Assembly (NCBI GenBank): GCA_054600435.1
Contig: BAAIJX010000040.1
Coordinates: 1-64,000, forward strand
DNA: 64,000 nucleotides
Direction: 5' to 3'
Origin: Neophaeotheca triangularis
Lineage: Eukaryota
The stretch's first letter is position 1; the number at the start of each line of letters is the position of its first letter. Below the pieces are notes generated by a model. The model was not told the DNA's origin, did not search any database, and saw nothing but the letters and a program-made list of their open reading frames with translations. Below, one piece after another: positions 47,666 to 58,267 of the stretch. The position numbers and the translations under genes are program-made.

Positions 47666-49117
47666 ATGGAAGGACCAGGCTACCTAGCCGTAACAATTCA
47701 GCCCTCACCCTCAACCAACCCAGCCCAACTCCACGAATGGTACAACACCGAACACGGCCCCCTGCGCCTACGCCTCCCCTTCATAACCTCCGGCGACCGC
47801 TACAGCGCCACCGACTCTTGCCAACCCGAGTGGCTGGCCTGCTACGACGTCTCGGACCTCTCGAAACTCAACGACCGCATCTACACCCGTTTGCGGGAAG
47901 AGCGTAGTGTCCGGGAGAAGGAGGTTATGGGCAGTTTGAAGAAGCTGGATCGGAGGATTTACTCTACGCTGGGGAAGTGGGGGTCGTGGAAGTCTGGGGC
48001 GCCGGTACAGGTGGGGGTTGGGGTGAGGCTTAGGGCCGATGGGGTGGAGGAGTGGGCGAGGAGGTTTGAGGGTGAGGTTGTGAGGGCTTTTGAGAAGGTT
48101 CCTGGTTGGTTGGGGTGTGGGCGGTTTAGATTGCAGGTTGGGGGGTCGGAGCGGGAGAAGGGCGTGGTGGAGGAGCTGGTGGTGCATCTGTACTCCGAGG
48201 AGAACGGGCTCGGGGGTAAAGAGTGGGAGACCGCTGATCAGGCTGGTGCCTTGTCAGAGCTGATCCTCAACCGCGAGCGCAGAGTCTGGAAACACCACTA
48301 CACTTTCGAACCTCTGCAGGAACCGCCGGACACCGTCATCACGACCGACGGCGCCGAGCTGAAATTCCAAATGCTCGGCAACCCCGCGGACCCGGTCATT
48401 GTGTGTGTAAACTCGATTCTAACCAACTACCACATCTGGGACGACGTGGCCACACAGCTGACCACCCGCGGCCTCAACGGCCAAACCTACCGCATCCTGC
48501 GCTACAACTCACGCGGCTACTCCCAGCAAGCGGCCCGCAGCAACCCAACCCGCTTCGACCTGCTCGCCGACGACCTCGAGTACCTGCTCCAACGCGTCCA
48601 CGTCCGCAAAGCCCACGCCGTCCTCGGCGTAAGCATGGGCGGCGTAACGGCCATCAACTTCGCTCTCAAACACCCGCACATGGTCGCGAAATTCATCGCG
48701 TGCGACTGCAACGTCGCTTCCAGCCCAGCCAACAACGCCGCCTGGGGCGAGCGCATCGAGCTGGTGAAATCAAAGGGCTTGGCTGAATTAGCCGACGTGA
48801 CGGTGAAGCGGTGGTTCGTGCCGGGGCATCACGAATGGGAGAATGCGCGTAAAGTGCAGGCTATGATTGAGCGCGCGAGCGTCGAGGGGTTCGAGCAGAG
48901 TGCTGGCGCGCTTTGTCATTATGATCTGAAGGGCGAGTTGGCTGGGATGCAAGTTCCGGGCTTGTTGATTGCCGGCGAAGGGGATGGGAAGTTGCCGGAG
49001 GTGATGCGGGGCTTTGGGATCCCCGGGGCCGAGTTCAAGCTGGTGCCGCAGGCGGGGCATTTGCCCATGTTGGAGAATCTTGAGGGGTTCATGGAAGCGT
49101 TGGAGGGGTTTTTGTAG
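47666..49117 (+). CDS. Fusion: N-terminal EthD/Dabb-like alpha-beta barrel region plus C-terminal alpha/beta hydrolase (3-oxoadipate enol-lactonase-like)
   Basis: HEWYNTEH...GDRY and KVPGWLGCGRF in the N-terminal half. C-terminal NSILTNYHIWD, RILRYNSRG, nucleophile GVSMGG, RWF and AGHLP. Confidence 0.82.
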   Translation: MEGPGYLAVTIQPSPSTNPAQLHEWYNTEHGPLRLRLPFITSGDRYSATDSCQPEWLACYDVSDLSKLNDRIYTRLREERSVREKEVMGSLKKLDRRIYSTLGKWGSWKSGAPVQVGVGVRLRADGVEEWARRFEGEVVRAFEKVPGWLGCGRFRLQVGGSEREKGVVEELVVHLYSEENGLGGKEWETADQAGALSELILNRERRVWKHHYTFEPLQEPPDTVITTDGAELKFQMLGNPADPVIVCVNSILTNYHIWDDVATQLTTRGLNGQTYRILRYNSRGYSQQAARSNPTRFDLLADDLEYLLQRVHVRKAHAVLGVSMGGVTAINFALKHPHMVAKFIACDCNVASSPANNAAWGERIELVKSKGLAELADVTVKRWFVPGHHEWENARKVQAMIERASVEGFEQSAGALCHYDLKGELAGMQVPGLLIAGEGDGKLPEVMRGFGIPGAEFKLVPQAGHLPMLENLEGFMEALEGFL

Positions 49118-49255
49118 AAGAGGGGTCGTTGCGCCCTCGTTGGCAAAAAGGTATTTGTAGGGGCGATGTCTGCTATCTAAAACAAATTTCGTGGTGACGT
49201 CCATAGCAGCGGTAGGGATACAAAACCGAGGACTTGGCTCATGCCCGCCAGTTTT

Positions 49256-52200
49256 CTATTTGCTCTCCCCATCCCTCTCCTCCCCCTCGTCACCCTCAGT
49301 CGTCGACATAGCCTGACTACTAAGCGTCTCCTCGCGCTTCAGTCCACTGCCCTCGCCCGCATCCTCCGAAACCCCACCCGTAGACTTGCCCCTCGCACGG
49401 CCCGGCTCCAGCCCCTGCGCATTCCCCGCAGCCGCAGCGCCTAAACTGCTCTTCCGCCGACTGCCCCCCTTGCCAGCATAAACCCCCGGAAACATCCTAG
49501 GCTCGGTCGCGCCCAGATCGAGCGTAGTCGCGTGCCTGAGAGCACTAGGCTGGAGAGCGGCGGTGGCTACGCCGTCGGCACCAGCAGCACTTGCTTGGTG
49601 CGGCGGCTGCGGCGCGAAAGCGGGTTTGGCGTCGGCGACGGGCGAGGTGAAGAAGGTGCTAGTTGAGTTGCGGGCCGGTCTGGCGGCCGCGATACTGCCG
49701 CCGTCGTTTTGCGCCGCTAGGAGGTCTTGCAAGTGTGGTTTCGAGAGGGGTTTTTGCTGCTGCAGGTATTGCGACGGCGTTGCCGTGGCCGAGGGGGAAA
49801 TGTAAGAGCTGCCGCCGGCGCGGTGGGAGGCTGTGTCGACGGCGAGAGGGTTGGTGGCGGAAGGGTTGGTTTTCATACTGGCGGTGGGCGAGGGCGGGGC
49901 ATGGGTTGGAACCTGTGAGCGCGAGGCAGGGGTCTCGGTGGATTGCTGCATGTTGGAGTCGGAGAGGGCGTCGCCGGAGCTCGCGCCGCTGCCCGTGTAG
50001 CGCTCGATCATGGCCATTTCCTGCAGCCAGGTTTCGTGGCGGAAGGCTTCGCGGATGTTGGGGACGTTGACTTTGGCCATGTCATTGCCGGGGACGCCCG
50101 GGCGGTGGTAGTGCTGCCCGAGCCACTTTTGCTTGATTTGGTGCTCGAAACCCGATTGCATGACGCTGTGCTTGGCCAGCTCGCACATGTCGACGGCGCT
50201 GAGTTTGTAGATTTGCGCTGCGACGGCGTACTCTTCGATCAAGGGCTCTTTGGTGAAGGCGAATTGGAGGGGGTCGTCGGTCGATAAACTGACGTTTAGG
50301 CCGCGTCGGAAGTATTGGAGGAAGGGGTTGCGTTCGTAGGCGAGGAAGAGGGCATTGTTGCTCAGGGGACTCATGGCTACTCCGATTCGCTCGAGGTAGA
50401 AGATGTATTGCAAAAGTGGCACTTTGCGTAGGAGTAGGCCGTGACTGATACTGTGGCAGCAGAGGACAGCCGCCGCCAAATGATCCGTGTCGCCCGCCTC
50501 ACCACAATGTGGTCGTAGGTCGAACGCATTGAAGCCACGCTGCTTGCGCCAGACGTTGAGCGAAGCGATGTTGGCGAAAAGGTAATATATCCAATAGCTG
50601 TAGGGCGGGTTCTGATGCGTGTCCCAAGCCGCAGGGAGAGGGAACTTGCGGTAAATACGTCGTTCCGTCTTGCTCTCATCGTCCACAGAGTCGAATCCTA
50701 TGACTCTCTGTAGGAAGATGTGGAGCTTCGGGTGGCTCGTTGGGTCCTTGGTGACTTCGAAAAGCGGCTTGAACAGGTTGACAATGACCTCTTGAAAGTT
50801 TTGCATTAGACCAGAAGACTTGTAAACGTCGAAGAGGCGTGGGACTTGGATCAACCATCGGAGATTGGGGCTGTAGAGCTTGTTGTCCACCACCCAGGCG
50901 GCCAACTTGTCCCATTCGTCCAATGAACGTCCGTAGATGGATATCCGCCACTCGACCATTTGATACTTGCTGCTCTCGAGATCCGCAATAACTTCCTTGG
51001 TGATTTCAGCCAAGTACCGGCCATGGATATAATTATCCGTCTTCAAAAAGATTGTCCGCAATCTCGACTCGCCGATAGGATTATACTTCAGGTTGAACTT
51101 GTCAAAGCGGTGGAAAGAATCAGTGTGCGCGTGCATGTCCAGGGTATCAATACTCAAATCGTAAGCCGTGAGGTTAATACTCTCAAACACCTCCCTCAGC
51201 GTCAAATGCTTGCCGTCCCTAAACAGCACCACCTCATCCGGCGACTTCTTCATCTTGCTCTTGATGAACCGCAGCAAATGCTTCTGGTTCATGCAAGCAG
51301 AGTGATGCACGTGCGTGTCCACTTTCCGCACATTGTAAAAGTCTCTGTGAGGCACCGCTTTCGTGTCCGCCACCTCTTGATACTCATTCAGCAACACGTA
51401 CAAGTTGAACTTGCCCTCCAGATACTGCAGTCTGCGGTAGGCAAACGACTTGCTCGGCCCGTCCGACGAGATGCCCAAGATGGTATCCAAATCCATGTAG
51501 AACTCTCGTATCGATGGTACCTGGACGATAGGCTCGCCCAATTCCGCAGAGGTCGACGTCTCGTAAACCTGGTAGACACCAGTCTCATCCAAATGATATG
51601 TCATCTCCGCCGAGCCCGGCACAGGCAAACAATCCTCCAGCACAAAGTCCTCGCCAATGTTTTGTCCAAACTTGCGCGGCTTCTTAGGCGCCGAGCCACT
51701 CATCGACGAGGACTTCATATGCGCCGGACTAGCCTCTTCCGAACCCTTTGCGCTATCATGATGCGACGGCTGCGCGCTCTGCGTCGGCAACCCATGCTCA
51801 GGAGGGTAAATGTTCCACCCCGGGTCATCTCTAGGATTATCCGAAGGCCCCTGCAACGAGAGCCGAATGTACTTGTGCCGGATATCCAAAATCTTCTGGA
51901 TGTTGGTATAAATTGCGTTCAACTCCGACGTGACGGTATTGTCGTTGGAAGCACCGACACCGACGCCCGCTCCAGCCCCGTGAATACCCTCACGCTCTAG
52001 CATGGGTTTCGCTTCATGTGGAAGATTGGGGTGCTTTTCATGAGCCCGGGCTTGACGGTCTTCTGCTGCACCCTGCTCGTACGGCGACGCCTCAACCGGA
52101 TGCTCTTGAACGCCGTTTTGGCCTTCAAACCTCCCCAACCCGGTGTCCACAGGTTGCGCGGAGCGGTAGACGGAGGATTCCAAGACATCCCTCGCCAAGC

Positions 52201-52714
52201 TAGAGTTGCTTTGCTTGCTAGCCGCGCGAGAGAAGGCGTTGGCATCGCCGCCGACATGGCTCGAGTAAGTCCTAGCCTTCATGACAGGGCCGTCACTGAC
52301 AGTTGTAGGGCTCGCAACGCCGCCGGCTTCCTGCTGTAGGCGCTGTTGCTGGTAGAACTGCTTGGCTTCGACATGGCTCATTTGCTTCTCGAGGAGGTAA
52401 TTGTAGTGCGTGGTACGCTTCTGCTTATCGCGGGGGAGTACGACCTGCTGCTGCTTCCCCGAGGCATCATTGAGGGTAGTGGTGGGAGCTCCGGCTCCGC
52501 TGCCCTCCTCTTCGCCCGTCGCTGACGTTATGCTGGCGTTGCTGGCTGCGAGGTCGAGCGTGGCCTGTCGTGCGAGGTGTGTGGACTCGTGCATTTCGTC
52601 GTTGGGGTCGAAGTCGCTGTCGTTACCCGATGAGACGGCCAGGTCGTCGACTTCATTGTCCTCCTCCGAGTCGCTATCGTGGGCAATGTGACGGGCGGGG
52701 AGGTGAGAAGCCAT
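49256..52714 (-). CDS. AMD1: AMP deaminase
   Basis: HRDFYNVRKVDTHVHHSACMNQKHLLRFIK, FHRFDKFNLKYNP, LRPHCGEAG and SLSTDDPLQF motifs; single exon. Confidence 0.97.
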   Translation of the reverse strand: MASHLPARHIAHDSDSEEDNEVDDLAVSSGNDSDFDPNDEMHESTHLARQATLDLAASNASITSATGEEEGSGAGAPTTTLNDASGKQQQVVLPRDKQKRTTHYNYLLEKQMSHVEAKQFYQQQRLQQEAGGVASPTTVSDGPVMKARTYSSHVGGDANAFSRAASKQSNSSLARDVLESSVYRSAQPVDTGLGRFEGQNGVQEHPVEASPYEQGAAEDRQARAHEKHPNLPHEAKPMLEREGIHGAGAGVGVGASNDNTVTSELNAIYTNIQKILDIRHKYIRLSLQGPSDNPRDDPGWNIYPPEHGLPTQSAQPSHHDSAKGSEEASPAHMKSSSMSGSAPKKPRKFGQNIGEDFVLEDCLPVPGSAEMTYHLDETGVYQVYETSTSAELGEPIVQVPSIREFYMDLDTILGISSDGPSKSFAYRRLQYLEGKFNLYVLLNEYQEVADTKAVPHRDFYNVRKVDTHVHHSACMNQKHLLRFIKSKMKKSPDEVVLFRDGKHLTLREVFESINLTAYDLSIDTLDMHAHTDSFHRFDKFNLKYNPIGESRLRTIFLKTDNYIHGRYLAEITKEVIADLESSKYQMVEWRISIYGRSLDEWDKLAAWVVDNKLYSPNLRWLIQVPRLFDVYKSSGLMQNFQEVIVNLFKPLFEVTKDPTSHPKLHIFLQRVIGFDSVDDESKTERRIYRKFPLPAAWDTHQNPPYSYWIYYLFANIASLNVWRKQRGFNAFDLRPHCGEAGDTDHLAAAVLCCHSISHGLLLRKVPLLQYIFYLERIGVAMSPLSNNALFLAYERNPFLQYFRRGLNVSLSTDDPLQFAFTKEPLIEEYAVAAQIYKLSAVDMCELAKHSVMQSGFEHQIKQKWLGQHYHRPGVPGNDMAKVNVPNIREAFRHETWLQEMAMIERYTGSGASSGDALSDSNMQQSTETPASRSQVPTHAPPSPTASMKTNPSATNPLAVDTASHRAGGSSYISPSATATPSQYLQQQKPLSKPHLQDLLAAQNDGGSIAAARPARNSTSTFFTSPVADAKPAFAPQPPHQASAAGADGVATAALQPSALRHATTLDLGATEPRMFPGVYAGKGGSRRKSSLGAAAAGNAQGLEPGRARGKSTGGVSEDAGEGSGLKREETLSSQAMSTTEGDEGEERDGESK

Positions 52715-53314
52715 GGCGAGAGGCGGTAGTAGTGGTGCTCAAGGGCACAGGTTGCGGGTAGCTGCCTGGAGGTACGTTTCCCGTGTTGCGAGGTTGTATC
52801 TCGACCAAAGAGTTTGCGCTTGCGCTTGTAGAATGCGAAGTGATTTTCTTGATGGTCTGTTGTAAGCGGGGATGAAGAAGGGACTGATAAGGGGGGGAAC
52901 ATGTGCTTTGGAAAGGTCTCTACCTACAGTAGAAAGACTTGTATATGTATTGTAAGTCGATGGTAACGATACAACGGCAACAATGCCGCTCGTCGAACAG
53001 TTTGTTCAAGGTCACACTGACAGCTCAGCGTGATGGTCGTCGCGTAGGGCCGAAAAGCGCGTTGAATTGCTACGAGTTTGCAAGGGTCCACCAGCTACCT
53101 CCTATAACTATCGGAGGTACCTCCTGGAGGTACAAATGGAGGGGAAACCATGTGATAACAAGGCATTCACCACCATTGGTCCATGTCAAAGCGCTTGTTT
53201 TAACTTAATGTTACACTGATATATCAAATAAATCCATACAAACATGGGTATCACCACCGTAACACCGACCCAGCAAAGAAACAGAGTGTGATGAGAGCCC
53301 ATCCGTCGAGACCT

Positions 53315-54628
53315 CTACAGCATCAAAGCCGCAACAGCAACTCCAATCAAACCCCCAGCTCCCCAGGCCTTAACCACACCAGCACCATTATCAGTCTGCA
53401 CCGCCGGCGCCGAGATGGTCGCAGAGCCATCCATGCCACCCTCCACTAAGGACGAAGTCGCATCCGCGCCCTGCGTAGTTTCAGAACCTGGCAGCACCGT
53501 CACCGAAGTCATAGTCGAGGCCGCAGCATCACCACCTTGAGATCCGCCAGTCCCAGCAGCACCCTCATCCTGAGCAGTCGCAGTCGCCGTGCCCACACTC
53601 GAAGCGGTCCGGGTCACGCTGTTGGCCACATACGTCCTCGCAGCGTCCTCGACCACATGCGAGCTCGTCGGCGCAATCGTAGCAGCGGAGGTATCCACAC
53701 TCCCGGTCCTGGTAGGCTGAGTAGCAACACTCTCGACAACCGTCGAAGAAGCGCCAGCACCCTGGCTCTCCGAAACTTCCGCATCGTGTCCACCGCTCCC
53801 CTCACCGGAAGAAGTGCCATTCAGCACCCTAATACTCTCCCAGCTCCCCGTACGATCGCCATACTCATAGCTCTCAGCAGGGTTATAATTCGTAATGCTC
53901 ACGCTCTGCACGACCATCGTAAACGGACCCTGGGAGAAATCCGTCTCGCCACCAGCCCACTCGACGGTGCCCTCGGGCTGCCCCGGTCCGCCGCCCGCCC
54001 AGTTCCCAAGCTTGAGCTGCATAGGCGTCTGCGGGTAATTATCGCCACCATTCGCATCCTCGTACTTCAAAGTCCTCACGACGGTGCCGTCGATGATCCA
54101 GCTCAGAGCCTGCGGCGTCCAGTCGAGCGAGTAAGTGTGAAACTCCTCCAGCGGCTTCTCGACCGGGATATAAGTCGCCCGATCGTAAGTGGTAGTGTTG
54201 CCCTTGCCGAAATAGTTGGATTGCACGTGCGCCGCGTCGCCCCCGACGAATTCCCAATCAATCTCATCCAGCACATCGCTTTCCAACACTATGGACGAAA
54301 CGATGCCCCGCCCCGCCGCGGCTTTCATGCGCACATCGCAGCGTCCGAAGAGGAAGTAGAAATCGGTTTGGACCGTGGGCGCTTCGCCGGCACGGTTGAT
54401 GGTGAATTCGGCGCCTTGCGAAGTGTAGTCGAGCGAGGTGTAGGCGGCTGCGCTCCAGCTGGCGTTGGCGTCGGAGCCGCGTGTGAAGTCGGCTGCGTAG
54501 TTTGCTTGGTTTAGCCCGAGGTTTGCGGGGCAGGAGCGCTCGGTCGGGTCGCAGTCGGTGAAGGTTTGGGCCGTGGTGAAAGGGAGGGCCAGGACGAGGG
54601 CGGTGGCGGAGGAGGTTGTAAGGCGCAT
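53315..54628 (-). CDS. CRH1: GH16 Crh-family chitin/glucan transglycosylase, predicted GPI-anchored
   Basis: Signal peptide; QTFTDCDPT..CP; catalytic DEIDWE; YPQTPM; WAGG; Ser/Thr-rich stalk and hydrophobic C-terminus. Confidence 0.9.
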   Translation of the reverse strand: MRLTTSSATALVLALPFTTAQTFTDCDPTERSCPANLGLNQANYAADFTRGSDANASWSAAAYTSLDYTSQGAEFTINRAGEAPTVQTDFYFLFGRCDVRMKAAAGRGIVSSIVLESDVLDEIDWEFVGGDAAHVQSNYFGKGNTTTYDRATYIPVEKPLEEFHTYSLDWTPQALSWIIDGTVVRTLKYEDANGGDNYPQTPMQLKLGNWAGGGPGQPEGTVEWAGGETDFSQGPFTMVVQSVSITNYNPAESYEYGDRTGSWESIRVLNGTSSGEGSGGHDAEVSESQGAGASSTVVESVATQPTRTGSVDTSAATIAPTSSHVVEDAARTYVANSVTRTASSVGTATATAQDEGAAGTGGSQGGDAAASTMTSVTVLPGSETTQGADATSSLVEGGMDGSATISAPAVQTDNGAGVVKAWGAGGLIGVAVAALML

Positions 54629-56007
54629 TTTCTTGGTGGCGGTGGTTATGTTGTTCGGTTGAGAGAAGGAAAGCAGGCAAGTCTTTCAAAAAAGCCTCAG
54701 GGGTCGAGCAGTAGAGAGTGTATATGTGTAAGCAAAAAGAGACTTGTAATCGTCCTAGCGAGTAGCAATCAAGCAGACGACAAGCAAAGAGCAAAGGAAC
54801 AAAGACTCAAGTATATAGACAGCAGAGGCAACAGTAGTAACGATTCGAACGATCAAACAAAAAAGACCCTAGCAACGAAGCTCATCTAAATACATCTCCA
54901 TCTCCCACCACCACAAACATCCACGAGGCTCGGAATGCAGCGATGGAAATCGCTCGAAAGCATTCATTCATTCCTCACGAGGTTCGTTGCCAATTTTGGC
55001 CCGCCAGCCCTCTCGCCGTGCATCATGCCCTTTCACAGCCACGAGCATGAGTCGCATGACAGCGGCCGAAGATTTCCACCACCACGCCGAACCTTGACAG
55101 TAGCTAGCAATAGTCGACGTTTACCTTTTTTTTTTTGTTCCTGACGTTTCCCGCTAACGCAGGTACGCATACCTTAACTTGGGGAGTCGTCAGGGGCCGG
55201 CGCGTCATGTTTCCGTGAATAGTAATGCCTGTCTTTGTTATGCTTGATGATGCGATTACGAAGTTTTGATCGCGAGCCTAGAGAGTGTGGTGTGGGTAGG
55301 CTTCGTAACGGGCTGGGGAGTTCGTTTCGTTGCCACGGTCGGTATGGCGTTGGAATGCTACTACGATTGCTATGTTGCGCTACATCACATGGAAGGGGTT
55401 TTTTTTTTTTAGAAAAACATTTCTGATGCTTTTGGTCTTGTTGATGTAGTTTTGTAAAGATGGAATTCATCTTTAAAGGCTGTTCTGTTCGTAACTGAAT
55501 GAGATTGTAATCTTGGCACGGCTCTCAATGTTAAAATCTATTATTGACATTTGAATGATGGACGACAGCTTGATGGCAATGCTCGGGCAATAATGCGAGG
55601 CCGACTCGAACAACAATGAGCTCTTGCGTTTCGCCGCCTACTGCTGTCATATCAGCTTGCGCTCTTTCAGCCACCTGCACTCGTCTTCACTACCTCACTC
55701 TACCTTCTAGAAGCAGGCGTCGGCAGTCGACAGCCGCTAAAGATACTTGGTTACAAAAGTACCGAAAGCTTGCTAATAATAAAATTGACCGGCACAAGCT
55801 TAGGTGGGTAGCGATCAGGAGGGTCTCGCACGGTCTCGTCCGTATCAAAACACGAACCGTATTCGCAACGCAAAGACTGCAACACATTATTGTCATATTC
55901 GAATATCTTCATCGCGCGTTAGATAGCTACATTGTACAAGTCATTGTATTTCCAGCCAACCTCGCCTTGGCAGGCAGCATCATAGCGTGGCTCGTAACCC
56001 CCCGTCT

Positions 56008-57009
56008 CTACCTGTGATAGTTGTCCAACGGCGCCTCGTGCTCAATTTTCTTCCAGATGCCATCAATCGCCTCCTCGGCCTTGGCACTGAGCGGGCCCTT
56101 GGCCAACTCGGTGAAAGTCTCCCTCAACTGCTCGACCCGGCTGGCACCGACGATAATAGCATCGCCGTACTCCTCCTTGAGCGGGCTGTTGTACTTGACC
56201 CAGCGGTAAGCCAGACTGGCCCTTGAGCAGCCCTCATCCTTGGCGATCTGCTCCCACTCGGCCAGCGCTTCCAGATACGAGGGCTTGCTGTACATGCCCG
56301 CGTACATCTGGCCGATGCCGGTCGAAGTGTCGAAACGGCCCTTGCCGTCGAGTATGTCCTGTTTGGTTTTTGTGAGCAGGCCGCCGGCGATGGGCGAGTA
56401 GGCGTAGAAGGCGATGTTGAGTTTGCGCAGAGTGGGGAAGAGGAGGGTTTCTTGCTTGCGGGCGACGGCGCTGTAGTTGCCTTGGTAGACGCTGGGGAGG
56501 GGGTACGAGTTGGCTTTGCAGATGTCGTAGACTTTTTGCACGTCGGCGGCTTGGTAGTTGGAGAGGCCGAAGCGCTTGAAGTAGCCGGATCTGTAGACTT
56601 GGTTGATGGCTGCGAGGGTCTCTTCGAGGTCGGTGTTGGCGTCCGGGGCGTGGATGTAGAAGATGCTGGGCTAGGTGTGAGTGTGGAGCTGGTGTGGAGG
56701 TGATGGTGGTGTGTCATCTTACTCGACTTGATCCACTTTCAGCATCTCTTTGCTGTGTTGGGCTTCTTTCAAGATGTTCTCCTTGGTCGCTCCCTTCTCC
56801 ATGAAGCCTCCTCGAGTTTTGGTGTCGATTGTGAATTTCTTCCCGGCGCCCGTCTTGCCCAAAGCCTCTTGGCTCTCACCATACAGCTCGGCAGTGTCGA
56901 GGATTGAGCACCCGCTCTTCTCCATGATCTCGTAGACTTGAGGGAGGTCATCGTAGCTGAGAGAGGAGGGGACACTGGCTGTTCCCACTACGTCCTTGAT
57001 GCCGGGCAT
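56008..57009 (-). CDS. Aldo-keto reductase (AKR7/aflatoxin B1-aldehyde reductase-like)
   Basis: Exons 57009-56723 and 56665-56008. DTAELY, IDTK, VDIFYIHAPD, FGLSNY, PSVYQGNYS and YAYSPIAGG motifs. Confidence 0.9.
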
Positions 57010-57942
57010 GGTTTATGTTTGCTTTACTTGGGTCGGTTCAATGGTTGGGCTCGATGTAACGTTAGGGTGTGAATGTTAAGAAAGAAGGTGAGCTTGAAGA
57101 GCTTCTCCCTTTTGTTGTTTCCTCGAGACTAGATGGATTTGTCAGGTGGCATCCTCATACGTTGTTTCCACCTCACTCTCCACTACTTTCGCGACGAGGC
57201 AAATGGGCAGTGACCTCATGCTACTCCGGACATAGCGCATATCACCGGACCTTCCTATTTGGGTAGGTAAAGTAGAGATGGAGTATCAACATCCACAACC
57301 TAATAACATGTTCGGTCAAACAGTCTCCCTCACACAATAAGGTAATACCTTAATAATTCAAGGTGACAGAGAAAAGATGGTACTGGTAATGGACATGCTG
57401 GTTCGTGCCTGTGAGCGACTTTGTCCGTCCTTCAACATGTCCCTTGGGGCCTTGTCCCTTTGCCCAGCTGTCCCCTCCAGCCTTCTCTTCCTTGACAGAA
57501 CCGTCGGTCGAACTACCTCCAGCCAAGCCACCCGAAGACTCGCCCAGTGCCTACAGGCTACAGCCATTTGCGCCGGCCGTGCCAATTACGGCAATTTCGT
57601 GCTTGTGCTCCCTGAGTCTCGAGTGCTGAGTCTTGAACTCTGGACAAGCACCGCTACCACGCTTTGGCAAGTAAATGCTTGCGTCACCCAACTTCTCCCT
57701 CACGCATCGAGTCTTTGTTGAGCGCATTGAGCGTACTATCGTTGTAAGCAAGGGGCGTGGTCCCGTGGAATTGATGCTTGAACCCCTGACATGCGGCATG
57801 GCCGGAGCGGCCGACCGCATCGCATCTAGGTAGCATCTCTCGTACCGCACGGGCCACTCTCACCAAACTATCGTCTTTTTGATAGTACTAGTACTTAGCT
57901 AGGTATCAATCTCGCTCTCACTCTACTACCTCATCCGTCCAT

Positions 57943-58017
57943 TTCCATCCATCCATCCCACCCATCCCACCCATCCCATCCCATCCCATCCCATCCCATC
58001 CCATCCCATCCCATCCC
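57943..58017. repeat. (CCATC)n pentanucleotide microsatellite with degenerate left flank
   Basis: About nine tandem ccatc units, about 250 bp upstream of the GT8 start. Confidence 0.92.
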
Positions 58018-58267
58018 TTGGGACTCTTTTGACACCAAGGGCCCGTGTAGCAGTGGCGTTCGAAATGCAGACTGGTAATAAGCAGGTAGATGAGCTGAGA
58101 CCTCTTCACTCTCCCATCGCTCCTTTTTTTTCTTTTTTTCTTTTTTTCATAATTACTTCTACCCTTCATCCACCCGTTTATAATCTTTTCACAACTGAAC
58201 AGCCGATGTTAATGCTTTCCGTATAGTCCTACGACTTTTCCTCGAATACAGCACACGCCTTGCAGGA

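Noticed and set aside
50960..52000. Long antisense ORFs (also 53537-54514, 25460-26317, 38567-39406)
   Set aside because: They are shadows of GC-rich coding genes on the opposite strand and carry no recognisable motifs.
52528..52902. Out-of-frame upstream ORF overlapping the AMP deaminase start
   Set aside because: Its ATG lies 188 nt upstream at the start of a pyrimidine-rich stretch and may be outside the transcript; there is no evidence it is a uORF.
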